The position numbers were made by a program, and so were the translations under genes. DNA of 64,000 nucleotides from IMG/VR virus record IMGVR_UViG_3300010352_001202; one strand, written 5' to 3'. Shown here piece after piece: positions 10,601 through 20,251 of this stretch. Under the pieces are notes generated by a model. That model was not told the DNA's origin and ran no database searches. It saw nothing but the letters and a program-made list of their open reading frames with translations. The DNA is from a virus. Taxonomy: Duplodnaviria; Caudoviricetes. Every line of letters starts with the position of its first letter. Within the stretch, counting starts at the first letter, position 1.

Positions 10601-11656
10601 AACATTACCGAAATTACCATCTGCGAATCTAATAGATACTGTATCATTAGCACCCGAAATAACATCGAAAATATTTCTTTCACCAAACTGGATACTGTTA
10701 TAGATAATATTTTCTCCAGCAAGTGCAGGCACTTTAGCCCACTTGTTGATGACATTACCAGATTCATCTGTTTCCTGAACATAAACATCGTCCTGGTTGA
10801 TATTTTGAATATCAATAGGGAATACTCTGTTGGGCACAGGAAATTCAAAATTAGTATCTATATTGATTAGATTACCTTGTTTGAAATATAAGAAAAACCC
10901 GGTATTAGATGATGCGACGCCAAGACTATCGTTTCTGTAAATGAAATTAAACGCATCTGCAGGATCTGGATCTCGTTCAAAGATTGTTTCGTTTGGGATA
11001 AAGTCAGGATTACAAATATCAATCGGATACTGCTGACCGTTGATAGAAATTGTCACCGGGTATGTTACATTTAATCTTAAGACATTATCTAGCTGATATA
11101 AATCTGTCGGGATACTTCCGATCGATCCACTCTTAGTAGGTCTGCCAAACGGATTTAGAGAACTGAATGCTGCATTACATACCTGTATGAATTGATCAAA
11201 CCAGTCTGGATTATTGGGATCATTCCAGTAGATTGCAACATCGTTGATATTCACTCCGTTCGCATCTGTTAATGGCTGGTCTGTCTGAACTGCTGCAATC
11301 TTAAACAATCCGCTTGCAGGTATATTTCTGCGCGGAACATAGTTAACCATCTGAGCAAGACGAATAACACTTTCTCTACGCTCTGCTGTGTCAATAAAGT
11401 TTTCACGGCTATTGAGATCAGTTCTGAATGCAAGGCTTGTACCGAAATAAGATAGCAATTCGACAATCGCAATAAATTCCGAACTTTCAATATAGTCGTT
11501 GAAGTCTTCGGGATAGTAAGCTTGGATGTAGTTGAGTAGAGCCTGCTTCAGAGTATCGAAGTCGTAAGCAGTATAGTCAATGAATTGGTATGCCTTAAAT
11601 ACTTTCTTATAATCTTCTGCGGCAAACAGGTTAGATTGTCTAATACTTTCTGACAT
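7673..11656 (-). CDS. gp6: Baseplate wedge subunit, T4 gp6-like (1327 aa, long central insertion)
   Basis: N-terminal DFDTLKQALLNY...ENFIDTAERRESVIRLAQMVNYVP, FADGNFGNVP, and AAAETNDQIRLRAP...QSRMVNGSDY motifs typical of gp6/baseplate-J proteins; next to gp25. Confidence 0.85.
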   Translation of the reverse strand: MSESIRQSNLFAAEDYKKVFKAYQFIDYTAYDFDTLKQALLNYIQAYYPEDFNDYIESSEFIAIVELLSYFGTSLAFRTDLNSRENFIDTAERRESVIRLAQMVNYVPRRNIPASGLFKIAAVQTDQPLTDANGVNINDVAIYWNDPNNPDWFDQFIQVCNAAFSSLNPFGRPTKSGSIGSIPTDLYQLDNVLRLNVTYPVTISINGQQYPIDICNPDFIPNETIFERDPDPADAFNFIYRNDSLGVASSNTGFFLYFKQGNLINIDTNFEFPVPNRVFPIDIQNINQDDVYVQETDESGNVINKWAKVPALAGENIIYNSIQFGERNIFDVISGANDTVSIRFADGNFGNVPTGLFRFWTRISANQALVIRPDNARGLQINIPYFGVNQQQYTLRIVFNLEQTIGNAAAAETNDQIRLRAPEVFSTQSRMVNGSDYNVLPLIYGNSIAKIQAIDRTYSGQSRYIDLNDPTGFHRDLIIFGQDGALFRDNQNVLAQVIRDSSNAGNIETIIVNTIQEMLRDKKVSNFFYDEYLPQFESNIRVNKQVPTDEGYSILDLSNPFQSPLYWKTSPIKFKNDTGYFANTTAVNAAAVTLTNSFTTDNVPAGTYEPWGFIKAGSVIQFANPTDLATLNSVSVDNVVQSGIPLIVNPLNPYANIGPVELGKEEQTNYQAMRLYPVFRNDLNTAEINEVVAAIDAGISFWLYYDLLVDEWHTSTTAVPGLSDQSDQPFEYAPPIVTISGEEIYSDWAPYPNSGLLYVAIASNNQLATTTYDLTARGRVYVFESYKDVRFYWDPNQVVIDNATGLALQDTIEIMPFVNTNSSIDNNTPIIVDPTTSFLRTEVDFNISGVYIQDDGYLDSSKVEVSLVDVDGDGIADDPAGFNKIVTPEDRVVFEFYTNEVTGYQSTRPWISRWKLELGGVPPVPTAPTELFVYFPVNPIDATELYSSPYVANMKLTTQDQILDPGSVALPGFKYVYMDEVDLVFINNVLQLSYDNITFVNSIANQLTAFFNLPINPSAPAITPSTPQAWIDTYTYYPWLIGTELVNDKIDLMTTYFLNKSWLISSISPPGFGIYYGLAFADNADTSKYPSNKVIVESLDKYHFDKNGKVFTQNTTVPEIARLPLYFKWSHYSPIDQRIDPSATNIIDMIVVTDSYYRDVLIWKNSNGGLATFPAAPTTEELRIQFQDLNQYKMVSDAMVWNSGTFKILFGTQAEAELQATFKVVKAPSSNISDNEVKTKVIAAIDAYFDIRNWDFGEKFFYTELAAFIHQQLSRIISSVVIVPTNANSQFGNLFEIVANPNELFISTATVNNVQIVANLTDQNLRV

Positions 11657-12078
11657 CAGAAGGATTCCTTATCTTTTAGAGAGAATGTAACAAACATACT
11701 ATCTGTAATTGATTCTGGTTTGAATAGTAAGACCATAACAATTGTTAATGCTTGGTCTTCTTGAAATACATCTATATTTTGTAATGCAACACGCGGTTCT
11801 GATTGAACTACTCTTACGGCATCTTCAATAATAGCATTCTTTGTATACTCATCAAACGGATCAAATAACATTTCGTAAATTCGTGTTCCGAAATTCGGAA
11901 GCATTACTCGTGAACCCATAGGAGTTGCAAAATGGTTATTAAGATCTCGTTTTACAATATCAATGTTTGTTAAGGAATATGGCGGAAAAGGCTGGCCAAC
12001 GGTATTAAACCCTACAAAGTATGGTTTTCTTGTAATGCGTTGCTGCTGGACAAAGCCTCTCTGATTTGGTGCTGCCAT
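11656..12078 (-). CDS. gp25: Baseplate wedge subunit/sheath initiator, gp25-like
   Basis: DLNNHFATPMGSRVMLPNFGTRIYEMLFDP...EPRV is the GPW/gp25 family signature. Confidence 0.9.
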   Translation of the reverse strand: MAAPNQRGFVQQQRITRKPYFVGFNTVGQPFPPYSLTNIDIVKRDLNNHFATPMGSRVMLPNFGTRIYEMLFDPFDEYTKNAIIEDAVRVVQSEPRVALQNIDVFQEDQALTIVMVLLFKPESITDSMFVTFSLKDKESF

Positions 12079-12114
12079 ATAATTCCCTTTCTGTTATTTA
12101 TCAAGAGAATTATA
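12078..12114 (-). promoter_or_regulatory. Late promoter GATAAATA (12102-12095) in the loop of a 12-bp hairpin that sequesters the gp25 Shine-Dalgarno
   Basis: Minus strand tataattctctt-gataaataacaga-aagggaattata(tg); the 3' arm contains AAGGGA and the A of the ATG. Confidence 0.8.
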
Positions 12115-12124
12115 CGGGCCTATA

Positions 12125-14620
12125 TTATCCCGCCGGGGCTACTGTTGGATTTTTAGCACCGCAGTTGTATAAATCTGTACCATTTCTAATCTGGCTTGCA
12201 ATGGCTGGGCCGCGTCTACCGACTTGCTGATAGTACGGTGTGTTCTCGACTTGTTTTGCTGCCTGATCATAGTTGCCGGCTTGCATTTCTTTCTTGAATG
12301 TCTTAAATTGCCCTAACTTAGCACTACCCATGTTATAGGCCATATCGGCGACTGCTCTTTTTCTATTATCGTCGAGCTTTTCCCAAGTTTCTGTTCCGAC
12401 GAAATTTTGTGCATCTTTAATGGCAGTTGCTGAGTCTTGGGCAAACCAACTATCAATCTGCGATTGCGGAATTTCTGAACCTAACGGATATTTCGCTAAA
12501 TCTTCAGGTCTCATTAGGTGTCCAATACCGCCAGTCGGCAAACCTTTAGAGTCGAGGTAAGTTTTATTTCTTTCGCCTTCGTGCTGTTTTAATTGGCACT
12601 GGAACGCTTTATTATTGAAATCTTTAGAAACAATACCTGGTTCAGCTGGCGGCAAGGTTGTGTTGTTTGCGCCAGTATCTGTATTGGGTTTCGGCGACAC
12701 AGTCGATGGTCCGCTCGATGAGCCGACATAGGTTTTATCACCCTCTGTCATTGCAGGAGAATACCCGGTTGTAGAACTGAACTTAAATTGCTCATGAAGC
12801 GGGCATGGCTCGTATGTCGGCCATCTCGTTACTATTGTTGGCCAGCTTTGCATTCCGCGAGTAAAGAAAGGTTCTTTAATCGGTGGCAAGATATTACCGG
12901 CAGATGTAAGGGCTTTTTGCTCGGCCTGTATTGCTGCTACCGGTAATTCTGGAGTCGGCGCTGGCCGCGGTGGATTTAATACGCCCGGGCCTGTAGGAGG
13001 CCCGGCACCGTTTCCTTCGGCGCATCCTGTGTGGAATGCATTAGATACCAGCGCATTTAGTGTCGAACAGGTAACATCAAGTACAACACTTACATTTTCT
13101 CCAACAGTAATTGTTTCACCGACATCTAATGTGTTCATTATTTGAACCGGTGCATCCTCGAGAATTAGAGGAGCCTTAATACTGTAGGTTCCGTCAGTTA
13201 ATATTTTCAATTCACCCGGGCCGCACGGTGTGGCTTTTACAGTCAGATTAAATATACTTTCGGACTTAAGATAATAATTGCCTGCCGGGGAATTACCGCG
13301 GTAACATGTTTTCGGTTCAGGCAATACGCAGTGTGCCCAGAAGTGGAAGTTCTTATATGTGTCAAGAATAATATTATTCTTGGACCAATAGTGCTGAGTT
13401 CCATCTGGTGGTGCTGATCCGCAAGCATTCGGTTTATTTCCCGAAGTTCCTTTACATACCGCAAGTGTGGTATTGTAATAATTGTGCTGAACTGTTGTTG
13501 TATGAATATCCCATTCGGCGGTGAATACAATATTACCGCCGTAACCTAAACCTCTTGCGCATTGTGAGTAATACGGTACATCAAATTTCTTAGGAACATT
13601 ATTAATATCGTATGTGATATCTAGAGAACTATTTGTAATTGTATCCTTGGCAGCAGAGATATAAAAATTCTGACCTGCTTCTAGATTAATATCTCTATCT
13701 GCACGCATATTAATATCTCGTTGTGCTCTAATAGAAATATCAAATTGACTGAATACATCAATGTGACCTTGCTGGTCCATTTGCATCCATGCTGTGCCGT
13801 CGCGGTTTATGATGTAAACAAATCCGTTAGTTTCATCTAAACGAATCTTTGCACCTGACTTTGTTGCAAGCTCAACATACTCTGAGCCTGTACCGTCGTC
13901 CATGATGAAAGAACTACCACCTTTACGGCGAATCTTGTCGGCTGCAACATCGGGATTTACAGGTGGACCGGGCGTAATAATACCAAACACCTGGCTAGGT
14001 GCTTCGCGGCGTGCGCTGGATGATGTAACACCGCGGCCCTGATCATTGATTAATCCTTGGTTTCCTACACCCTTAAACTTTGTCTTTTCATACGGACGGA
14101 CAGCACGATCTGGGTTAGTGATGCTTTCATTCCACTTGTTATATTCTGCAACAGGGATAATTTTGCCAGGGTGTTGCCAGTTGTTGGCAGATGCTGCCAT
14201 GCCAGGAATCATTGTATTCATGAACTGGTTATACAACGATCCGATCCAAATTCCTCTCGCCGGATCGCCGGCAACAAACATAACAAGCACTTGATTGTTA
14301 ATATCAGGTGGAATCATCCACATTCCGTAGGATGTTTGAGTTCCTTCGAATGTCTGAAAATCTGTTTTGTTATTTGAGTCTATATTTGTTGCGCCAGCAA
14401 ATGGTGAGCAGTAATTTACTGTTATCCATCCCTGCTCTTCTTCTGGCGCAGATCCAAGCTCTGGAATCCAAACTTGTAATCTACCATTTCTTTGTACATC
14501 ATCTGCGCGTTTTACAAAGCCTACGAATACTCCTGTAAGAGTAGGGAATCGTCCCATTGTGCCAAGCTGTTCATTCTTGGTGGGACTTACAGTTCTTGCA
14601 TTACTATTTAAATACGACAT
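12125..14620 (-). CDS. gp5: Baseplate central spike, gp5/VgrG-like, with C-terminal T4-type (GH24) lysozyme domain
   Basis: OB-fold motifs DDVQRNGRLQVWIPEL and PPDINNQVLVMF; beta-helix-like middle; C-terminal LKQHEGERNKTYLDSKGLPTGGIGHL (E-x8-D-x5-T pattern) and DMAYNMG. Confidence 0.85.
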   Translation of the reverse strand: MSYLNSNARTVSPTKNEQLGTMGRFPTLTGVFVGFVKRADDVQRNGRLQVWIPELGSAPEEEQGWITVNYCSPFAGATNIDSNNKTDFQTFEGTQTSYGMWMIPPDINNQVLVMFVAGDPARGIWIGSLYNQFMNTMIPGMAASANNWQHPGKIIPVAEYNKWNESITNPDRAVRPYEKTKFKGVGNQGLINDQGRGVTSSSARREAPSQVFGIITPGPPVNPDVAADKIRRKGGSSFIMDDGTGSEYVELATKSGAKIRLDETNGFVYIINRDGTAWMQMDQQGHIDVFSQFDISIRAQRDINMRADRDINLEAGQNFYISAAKDTITNSSLDITYDINNVPKKFDVPYYSQCARGLGYGGNIVFTAEWDIHTTTVQHNYYNTTLAVCKGTSGNKPNACGSAPPDGTQHYWSKNNIILDTYKNFHFWAHCVLPEPKTCYRGNSPAGNYYLKSESIFNLTVKATPCGPGELKILTDGTYSIKAPLILEDAPVQIMNTLDVGETITVGENVSVVLDVTCSTLNALVSNAFHTGCAEGNGAGPPTGPGVLNPPRPAPTPELPVAAIQAEQKALTSAGNILPPIKEPFFTRGMQSWPTIVTRWPTYEPCPLHEQFKFSSTTGYSPAMTEGDKTYVGSSSGPSTVSPKPNTDTGANNTTLPPAEPGIVSKDFNNKAFQCQLKQHEGERNKTYLDSKGLPTGGIGHLMRPEDLAKYPLGSEIPQSQIDSWFAQDSATAIKDAQNFVGTETWEKLDDNRKRAVADMAYNMGSAKLGQFKTFKKEMQAGNYDQAAKQVENTPYYQQVGRRGPAIASQIRNGTDLYNCGAKNPTVAPAG

Positions 14621-14623
14621 GTG

Positions 14624-17281
14624 TTATCCAAATTTTGTTGGTAGGCCCGGGAGCACACTGTTTAACGCTGTAGGAATATTAGATTTTGCTGTTGCAATTC
14701 CCTGACCAATGGTATCACTACCGTATGCCTTTATATCACCGGCAAGATTCTTTGCCTGCCCCTGAATTCCTTTAATTGCGTCTGTGGCGTCGCTCATTAT
14801 CTTATCTGCTTTAATAGCGGTAGCAGGAAATTTAGAATCAGCAGTGAGATCAGAGGGTTTTGTCGGAACATCTTGCTGCTGTGCGGCTTCTTCGATGATA
14901 TCGGTTATGTTAAACATTCTAATTTCGGGATCAATAATAGCAGTCAATACCTGAGAAAATTTACCAGAATCAAATTTGCTAATAATATTCGTCACCTTAT
15001 AAACACCACTAAATGTTTCTACATCAATTGGTTCTGGTTGATCTGTTGTTTCGTCGGGGCTATAGTTTCTCGGTGTCCTGAATCTAATTACAAAGAAATT
15101 ATCGGATCCATTAACATTAACAGCTTTTTCTTTTCTAAAATGTTCTTTCTTAATCCAGTCAATCGGATCACCGCGTGTCGAAATATGTATGGCCTCGCCA
15201 TTGTCTGCAAAAGGTTGCGGGAATAACCAAAACGGGTCTCCCTTGATTGTTAGATTCATATTAGCAAACGAATTATCGTACGAGCTGTGCAACGCAACTG
15301 AGAACAGATTTGAAAGCTTCTGTATGCCCGAATTACTCTTTGATTCTACTCCTAGCCCTACCTGAAAATCCTGAAGTGATTCTTGAAATGCTACAGGCCT
15401 TAATTTTCCACTTGCCGACTTCATGAAATTAGTATAAGCATTTATTGCTTCTTGTGATTTGATATTTACATCAGAAATAAATTTTAGACCAGATTGCGGT
15501 GTTGCAAGACTTTGCGCTGCTAGTTTGGGATTGCCCAATGTTCCATCTTTATCGAATCCTCCGGCGCGCTGCATTACATTAACAACATTTAACTTGCCGG
15601 CTGTCGCTTGTGCTTTTTGCAGTATTTCTGCTTTTTTTGTTTCTGCGCCAGATAACTTAGCTGTATCAATACTTTTTTGTAGCTCGGCATTTAATGCATC
15701 GACTTTAGTGGCGTCCGATTTCTTAGCATTATTCTGAAATGCCATTGCTGCACTAAGCGCCTTGGTTACTTTAGCTTCGTCTGCAGCATGGGTTTGCGCT
15801 ACCACACCCATATCGCTCATAGAGGTACTCTGAAATATGCCACCAAATCTTGACAATCCGGTTGTGTATGCGTTATTCACAGTAAGATCAAGATTTAGGA
15901 TTTGATCATTTAATCCTGTAAAGATATAACTATATTTTTTCTTTAGAATTTTTTTATCTATATAAGACATTAATCGTTTTCTTTCGGCAGCAACAGTATT
16001 TGGTTCGGTTGCTTGCTGAAACACATTAGCCTCAAGAACACCTAGGTCATATTTTACAATATAGTAAACAAACTCTTTTGCTATATCATTTCGTCTTGCA
16101 TCAAACTGTAACGGGATTGTGTCTGTAACAATTCTCCAGAATGGTTTTATCTGTGTTGCTTCCTGATCAATGGGAACACCTTCTGCACCTGGTGTTTTTG
16201 ATTGCTTCATACCTATTTGATATTCTTCTGTCTGTGCAAGCAAAGAGTCGACAATCTTATCAATACTCGTACTTGCTTGAAAATAGGCATCCTTGTTATC
16301 AAATTTTATAAAATTATCAGCGCGGCGAGGGTCTTTGTTTTTTGTATTAGATGTGATTTTGTATCCCTTAATGTCGGGATCAACCACAATTTTGTAAGAA
16401 TCCGGAATGCTATAATTATCTATAAGAGTTAATAATTGATCTGCATTTAATTTTTCTTCTAACTCTACCATTGCCTGACCAAATGTTTCTATATTATTTA
16501 ACACCACATTATGCTTGGTAGAAGATATAGAATTTGATAAAGCAAAGTCGTTATACAATACTGCAACAACTTCATATCTTGTTCCTACAGTTGATACATT
16601 AGCCTTCATCGATGTTACTTTTATAGGCCATAACCATTTCAGCGCACCTAATTCTGTAGAGGACTCCGGTTCTGAATCTACTGGATTTCTTCCGCGAAAC
16701 TGTAACTGGAGATACATAGGCATTGCATTCCAGTTACCTATGCCGAGCGCAATCGATTCGTAGAAAAGTTTATCAACAAACCCTGCACCGGATGGTTCGA
16801 CTATTTCAAAGGTAAAATTAGTAGACACACCTGTGCCCGATTCGTTGCTCGGTGTTGTAATTGCCTTAATTTCGACTTTATCGATAGTAAGATCTGTTAC
16901 ACCTGATTCAGCAATAATTGTCTGAACTGTCGGGTCTAATACCTTGCCGGAAGTTGATGCATCGGGCGTGGTAATAAACAATTTCCAATGATAGGTTACA
17001 ACATCGTAATTATCTAATATATTAGGTTGAAATTTTGTCTTTAAAGAAATCGGGTCGTTGGCACCGGTTGTATCGCTGGTATTACTTTTATGCGCGTAAG
17101 GATTTCCGTACGCACTTGCTGGTGCGCTTCCACGACCGCCTTGTGCATTTGACTGTCCAGTAAGCGAATTTATTGCACTGGTTGCTTTAAATTTTGCATT
17201 GTCAATTGCGTTAGACACAGATGCTTTGGCTGCCGAAACTGTATCAGACAGGTCCGACATGAATGACTTTGGATCTCCCAT
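14624..17281 (-). CDS. Putative baseplate hub protein (gp27-like)
   Basis: 885 aa between gp5- and gp53-like genes; C-terminal LTIKGDPFWL...FSGVYKVTNIISKFDSGKFSQVL resembles phage hub proteins. Confidence 0.55.
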   Translation of the reverse strand: MGDPKSFMSDLSDTVSAAKASVSNAIDNAKFKATSAINSLTGQSNAQGGRGSAPASAYGNPYAHKSNTSDTTGANDPISLKTKFQPNILDNYDVVTYHWKLFITTPDASTSGKVLDPTVQTIIAESGVTDLTIDKVEIKAITTPSNESGTGVSTNFTFEIVEPSGAGFVDKLFYESIALGIGNWNAMPMYLQLQFRGRNPVDSEPESSTELGALKWLWPIKVTSMKANVSTVGTRYEVVAVLYNDFALSNSISSTKHNVVLNNIETFGQAMVELEEKLNADQLLTLIDNYSIPDSYKIVVDPDIKGYKITSNTKNKDPRRADNFIKFDNKDAYFQASTSIDKIVDSLLAQTEEYQIGMKQSKTPGAEGVPIDQEATQIKPFWRIVTDTIPLQFDARRNDIAKEFVYYIVKYDLGVLEANVFQQATEPNTVAAERKRLMSYIDKKILKKKYSYIFTGLNDQILNLDLTVNNAYTTGLSRFGGIFQSTSMSDMGVVAQTHAADEAKVTKALSAAMAFQNNAKKSDATKVDALNAELQKSIDTAKLSGAETKKAEILQKAQATAGKLNVVNVMQRAGGFDKDGTLGNPKLAAQSLATPQSGLKFISDVNIKSQEAINAYTNFMKSASGKLRPVAFQESLQDFQVGLGVESKSNSGIQKLSNLFSVALHSSYDNSFANMNLTIKGDPFWLFPQPFADNGEAIHISTRGDPIDWIKKEHFRKEKAVNVNGSDNFFVIRFRTPRNYSPDETTDQPEPIDVETFSGVYKVTNIISKFDSGKFSQVLTAIIDPEIRMFNITDIIEEAAQQQDVPTKPSDLTADSKFPATAIKADKIMSDATDAIKGIQGQAKNLAGDIKAYGSDTIGQGIATAKSNIPTALNSVLPGLPTKFG

Positions 17282-17282
17282 T

Positions 17283-17570
17283 TTACCTCTTTAGAATATT
17301 TGCTGGAATATAAATTTCTAAACCTGCTACGAAATCATTTATAGGATCTATAATTAGGTCCGGATTTCTGATGCAGAATACCCACCACAGCCCGGGTGTA
17401 CCGTATTCGGCCTGGCTCATTAAATCCGGACGCTGATCATACTGCGGAGGAATAATAGCGATCTTATCAAAATCACTTCTAGGAACTTCACGGGGGACCC
17501 AGAAATCTAGGTACCAGTTCTTTACAGGTGTTACCAGGTACTGACTTGTATCTTTACTATTTTGTGCCAT
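17283..17570 (-). CDS. gp53: Baseplate wedge protein, gp53-like (LysM-like)
   Basis: YDQRPDLMSQAEYGTPGLWWVFCIRN motif; position in the baseplate operon. Confidence 0.75.
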   Translation of the reverse strand: MAQNSKDTSQYLVTPVKNWYLDFWVPREVPRSDFDKIAIIPPQYDQRPDLMSQAEYGTPGLWWVFCIRNPDLIIDPINDFVAGLEIYIPANILKR

Positions 17571-18235
17571 TAGATATAACCCTTATTAATCAGTGCGCCT
17601 CTTCTAAATTCGTCGAGATTAAATTCATTTCTAAGATTAATAGGAATGTATTGTGTATCTAATTCAATAGATACAGCTATATGCGTCGGGACATACGAAT
17701 ATCCGTCGGTTGATCCTGGCGCAAGTGTCACCGGCGATCCGCTATATCCGGCAGTGTTTACCGGAACATAATCGATATTTGCATCATATGTGTAATCAAA
17801 AGATTTCACAATTACCGGTACATTGTTAAACTGATATTCGCCGAGATAATTAAATTTCAGTATAGGTGGCGGAGTACCTGCTTTGTTATACGGATTGATA
17901 CCAAAATATGATTTCGTAACGGAACGGAAGAAATGAAGAACCGACAATAAATATAATGCTTCATCGGTTGTCTGCGCAGTAAATTCAGCAGCAATAGTTA
18001 TAATTTTCGGATACGACCTAACATAAGCATTGTATCCATAGTCTGTGTGAATAAATCCGGTAGAGTCATATTCAGCAGCACTACCCGATGTTACAGATGG
18101 TGTATACGGAAACAGAACACCTCTTGTCGACCACAAAGGATACAAAATATTATTGGGACTATTCGGGCCAAGAACAGACTCACAATTCTGCATACTCTTT
18201 GGCTGCAATCTCGCTCTATAATCTTGTTGTGGCAT
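17570..18235 (-). CDS. Baseplate tail-tube cap/initiator (gp48/gp54-like)
   Basis: GTPPPILKFNYLGEYQFNNVPVIVKSFDY motif of tube-like baseplate proteins; first gene of the operon, with SD AGGAG and late motif at 18255-18262. Confidence 0.6.
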   Translation of the reverse strand: MPQQDYRARLQPKSMQNCESVLGPNSPNNILYPLWSTRGVLFPYTPSVTSGSAAEYDSTGFIHTDYGYNAYVRSYPKIITIAAEFTAQTTDEALYLLSVLHFFRSVTKSYFGINPYNKAGTPPPILKFNYLGEYQFNNVPVIVKSFDYTYDANIDYVPVNTAGYSGSPVTLAPGSTDGYSYVPTHIAVSIELDTQYIPINLRNEFNLDEFRRGALINKGYI

Positions 18236-18254
18236 GAATTTCTCCTAACTTGCT

Positions 18255-18262
18255 TATTTATC
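18255..18262 (-). promoter_or_regulatory. Late promoter GATAAATA for the baseplate operon
   Basis: Same octamer found upstream of at least 15 genes; 20 nt before the ATG at 18235. Confidence 0.75.
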
Positions 18263-18296
18263 ATGAACATAAAGTGGTATGTTAATTGCGGAATTC

Positions 18297-18325
18297 TTGA
18301 CCTATCGTGCAGGCCCTGCTATACT
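18297..18325 (+). promoter_or_regulatory. Sigma70-type promoter TTGACC-N17-TATACT for gp55-gp47-gp46
   Basis: Near-consensus -35/-10 with 17-bp spacer; SD AGGAG at 18339-18343. Confidence 0.75.
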
Positions 18326-18351
18326 ACAAAAAATTTCTAGGAGATTACCTA

Positions 18352-19242
18352 ATGACACAAATGATTGACGACGACCAACCAGAGGTTATCGTGATAGCTC
18401 CGGCAAAGAAAATCAATTACCTCAACAATAAGGACATGCTAAAGGAAATTCATCGTAGCAAGAATTCTTATTCAGAATACATTGATCCAAAGTACAGCGA
18501 CTATGATGTCATTGTAGATACTCTTCAAGAAATCTTTCTTCCTGAAGTTCAAGAGCGCGGTAAGGTTGTAAGGGCTGCAAGACTAAGCGTCTCGGCATTT
18601 GAGGCTGTTGTAGCTAGTGGTACAAGAACAGATAAACCCAAGCTGTCAGAGTTCAAAGTAAAGCCGGACACAATTTCTGTAGACGACCTTGTATTTAGAG
18701 TGCTTACATTTGAACACATTCCGCTCGCTCCAGGCCGTAAGAAGAATCCGAAGAGCGTTGCCGACAGTTATGTCAAACTAAACTTTTCGCCCTTCAAGCA
18801 TTACATTATCGAAAATGGTGAAGCAAAGGAAGTTGGCAGATCGCATTCAAAGAAAGGCAAGTTTAGTGCCGAGCACGGTTCTATTACAAATAAGCTTGCT
18901 AAGATGTTCATCCTAATGGTCAACAAGTATGCGCAACGCGGCAACTGGCGTGGTTATACATATCTTGACGAAATGAAGGGCCAATCGCTTTTACAGTTAG
19001 CACAAATGGGACTCCAGTTCGACGAGGCACAAAGTGACAACCCGTTCTCGTATTATACGATGTCGCTGCAAAACAGTTTCACAAGAGTGCTGAACTTAGA
19101 AAAGAAAAATCAAGATATTCGGGATGATCTATTAATCGATAGTGGTGCAAGTCCTAGTTTCTCAAGGCAGTTAGCTCTTGAAAACGAAATTAGACGACTT
19201 AGAGAAGATGCACAGGAATCGGCTAAAGATGACAACGAATAA
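18352..19242 (+). CDS. gp55: Late-transcription sigma factor, T4 gp55-like
   Basis: NYLNNKDML...NWRGYTYLDEM...QFDEAQSDNPFSYYT...NSFTRVLNLEKK matches the gp55 pattern; adjacent to gp47/46. Start moved to ATG 18352 because the track's GTG lies inside the promoter. Confidence 0.85.
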   Translation: MTQMIDDDQPEVIVIAPAKKINYLNNKDMLKEIHRSKNSYSEYIDPKYSDYDVIVDTLQEIFLPEVQERGKVVRAARLSVSAFEAVVASGTRTDKPKLSEFKVKPDTISVDDLVFRVLTFEHIPLAPGRKKNPKSVADSYVKLNFSPFKHYIIENGEAKEVGRSHSKKGKFSAEHGSITNKLAKMFILMVNKYAQRGNWRGYTYLDEMKGQSLLQLAQMGLQFDEAQSDNPFSYYTMSLQNSFTRVLNLEKKNQDIRDDLLIDSGASPSFSRQLALENEIRRLREDAQESAKDDNE

Positions 19243-20248
19243 ACTATTTGAAAAATGTGTAGCATTTAGTGATATTCATTTTGGCTTAAGGCATAACTCT
19301 AAAGACCACAACGAAGACTGTTTAGAATTCGTAGATTGGATTATTAGCGAAGGGCAGAAAAGAGGGGCAGAGACCTGCCTCTTCTTAGGTGACTGGCATC
19401 ACCACCGGTCAAACATTAATATCCTTACACTAGATTACACAATGCAGGCATTGCGAAAGCTTAATAATGCCTTTAAGAAAACTTACATAATGGTAGGCAA
19501 CCACGATCTTTTCTATAGAGAGAAAAGGGAAATTCACTCTATGGTAGTTGGAAGCGAGTTTCCAAACATTATTCTTGTTGACGAACCGACTGTTATCGAT
19601 GATGTTGCACTTATTCCGTGGCTTGTAGAAGAGGAATGGAAAAAGGTTACTGACATTAAGACAAAATACCTATTCGGGCACTTAGAGCTTCCGGGCTTTA
19701 AGATGAACGCTATGGTAGAAATGCCTGATCACGGGACCTTAAACGCAGATCATTTTCAACATCAGGATTATGTCTTCTCGGGGCACTTTCACAAGCGCCA
19801 GACAAAGGGAAAGATCAACTACATTGGCAATCCGTTTGGGCACAACTATTCAGATGTGTGGGATTTCGAACGCGGTGGTATTTTCCTGGAGTGGGGCAAA
19901 GAACCCGAGTTTATGGATTATGAGGCAGGGCCTAGATTCATTAGCATTAACCTTTCTGCGTTACTTGCTAACCCCGATCTGTATCTTAAGCCAAAAACAT
20001 ATCTACAAGTTACATTAGATTTAGATATCACATATGAAGAAGCTGTATTCTTAAGAGAGACTTTTCTAACACAATACAATGTTAGAGAATTCAAGCTTGT
20101 AAGAAATCAAGAAGACGAACTTTCGAAAGATTATTCAGGGGATATTACATTCAAGACAGTTGATCAAATTGTTATCGAACAATTGACAAATATCGAAAGT
20201 GATGCTTTTGAGACAAATAAGCTTATCGAAATATACAATAGGCTATAA
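19229..20248 (+). CDS. gp47: Recombination nuclease subunit, gp47/Mre11/SbcD-like
   Basis: Metallophosphoesterase motifs DIHFG, GDWHH, GNHD, GHFH; start placed at ATG 19229 (MTTNKLF). Confidence 0.9.
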   Translation: MTTNKLFEKCVAFSDIHFGLRHNSKDHNEDCLEFVDWIISEGQKRGAETCLFLGDWHHHRSNINILTLDYTMQALRKLNNAFKKTYIMVGNHDLFYREKREIHSMVVGSEFPNIILVDEPTVIDDVALIPWLVEEEWKKVTDIKTKYLFGHLELPGFKMNAMVEMPDHGTLNADHFQHQDYVFSGHFHKRQTKGKINYIGNPFGHNYSDVWDFERGGIFLEWGKEPEFMDYEAGPRFISINLSALLANPDLYLKPKTYLQVTLDLDITYEEAVFLRETFLTQYNVREFKLVRNQEDELSKDYSGDITFKTVDQIVIEQLTNIESDAFETNKLIEIYNRL

Positions 20249-20251
20249 TAC

